Assembly: GCA_036172245.1 (NCBI GenBank)
Contig: JAYWIR010000004.1
Location: 5,642,001-5,706,000 of the forward strand
DNA: 64,000 nucleotides
Origin: Raillietiella orientalis
Taxonomy: Eukaryota
Direction of reading: 5' to 3'
The notes under the pieces are model-generated. The model saw only the letters and a list, made by a program, of their open reading frames with translations, did no database searches and was not told where the DNA came from. Made by a program: the position numbers and the translations under genes. Shown here one piece after another: positions 63,901 to 64,000 of this stretch. How positions within the stretch are numbered: position 1 is the stretch's first letter; each line of letters begins with the position of its first letter.

Positions 63901-64000
63901 CCGCTCCTTGGAAGGAGGGGGGTAGGAGGAGGAGGGAAACGAAAGGGCCATTTCCACCCTCCCTCCTTCGGGAGCTGCAAGCGGGTAAGAGCCGCCGCAG

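Overview
Eukaryotic (probably arthropod) genomic DNA. There is one recognisable host gene: a LIM-domain-only transcriptional adaptor of the Beadex/dLMO (LMO1/LMO3-like) type on the + strand, with four coding exons at 8017-14552; its terminal exon is not resolved. By my approximate boundaries, about two thirds of the window is made of about 20 heavily decayed, frameshifted copies of what looks like one L1/Tx1-like non-LTR retrotransposon family (APE endonuclease, RT and C-terminal CCHC finger), on both strands. Between them are short unique islands that look regulatory. The most unusual signal is that many independent copies point to a non-canonical F-P-D-D RT catalytic motif. Other points of interest are a 46-nt intron and an overlapping uORF in the LMO gene, a (CG)10 tract, a Sox/E-box tandem module and a 42-bp palindrome. 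I found no RNA genes, CRISPR arrays or prokaryotic systems. All LINE calls come from reading motifs by eye, so boundaries are approximate (a few hundred bp).
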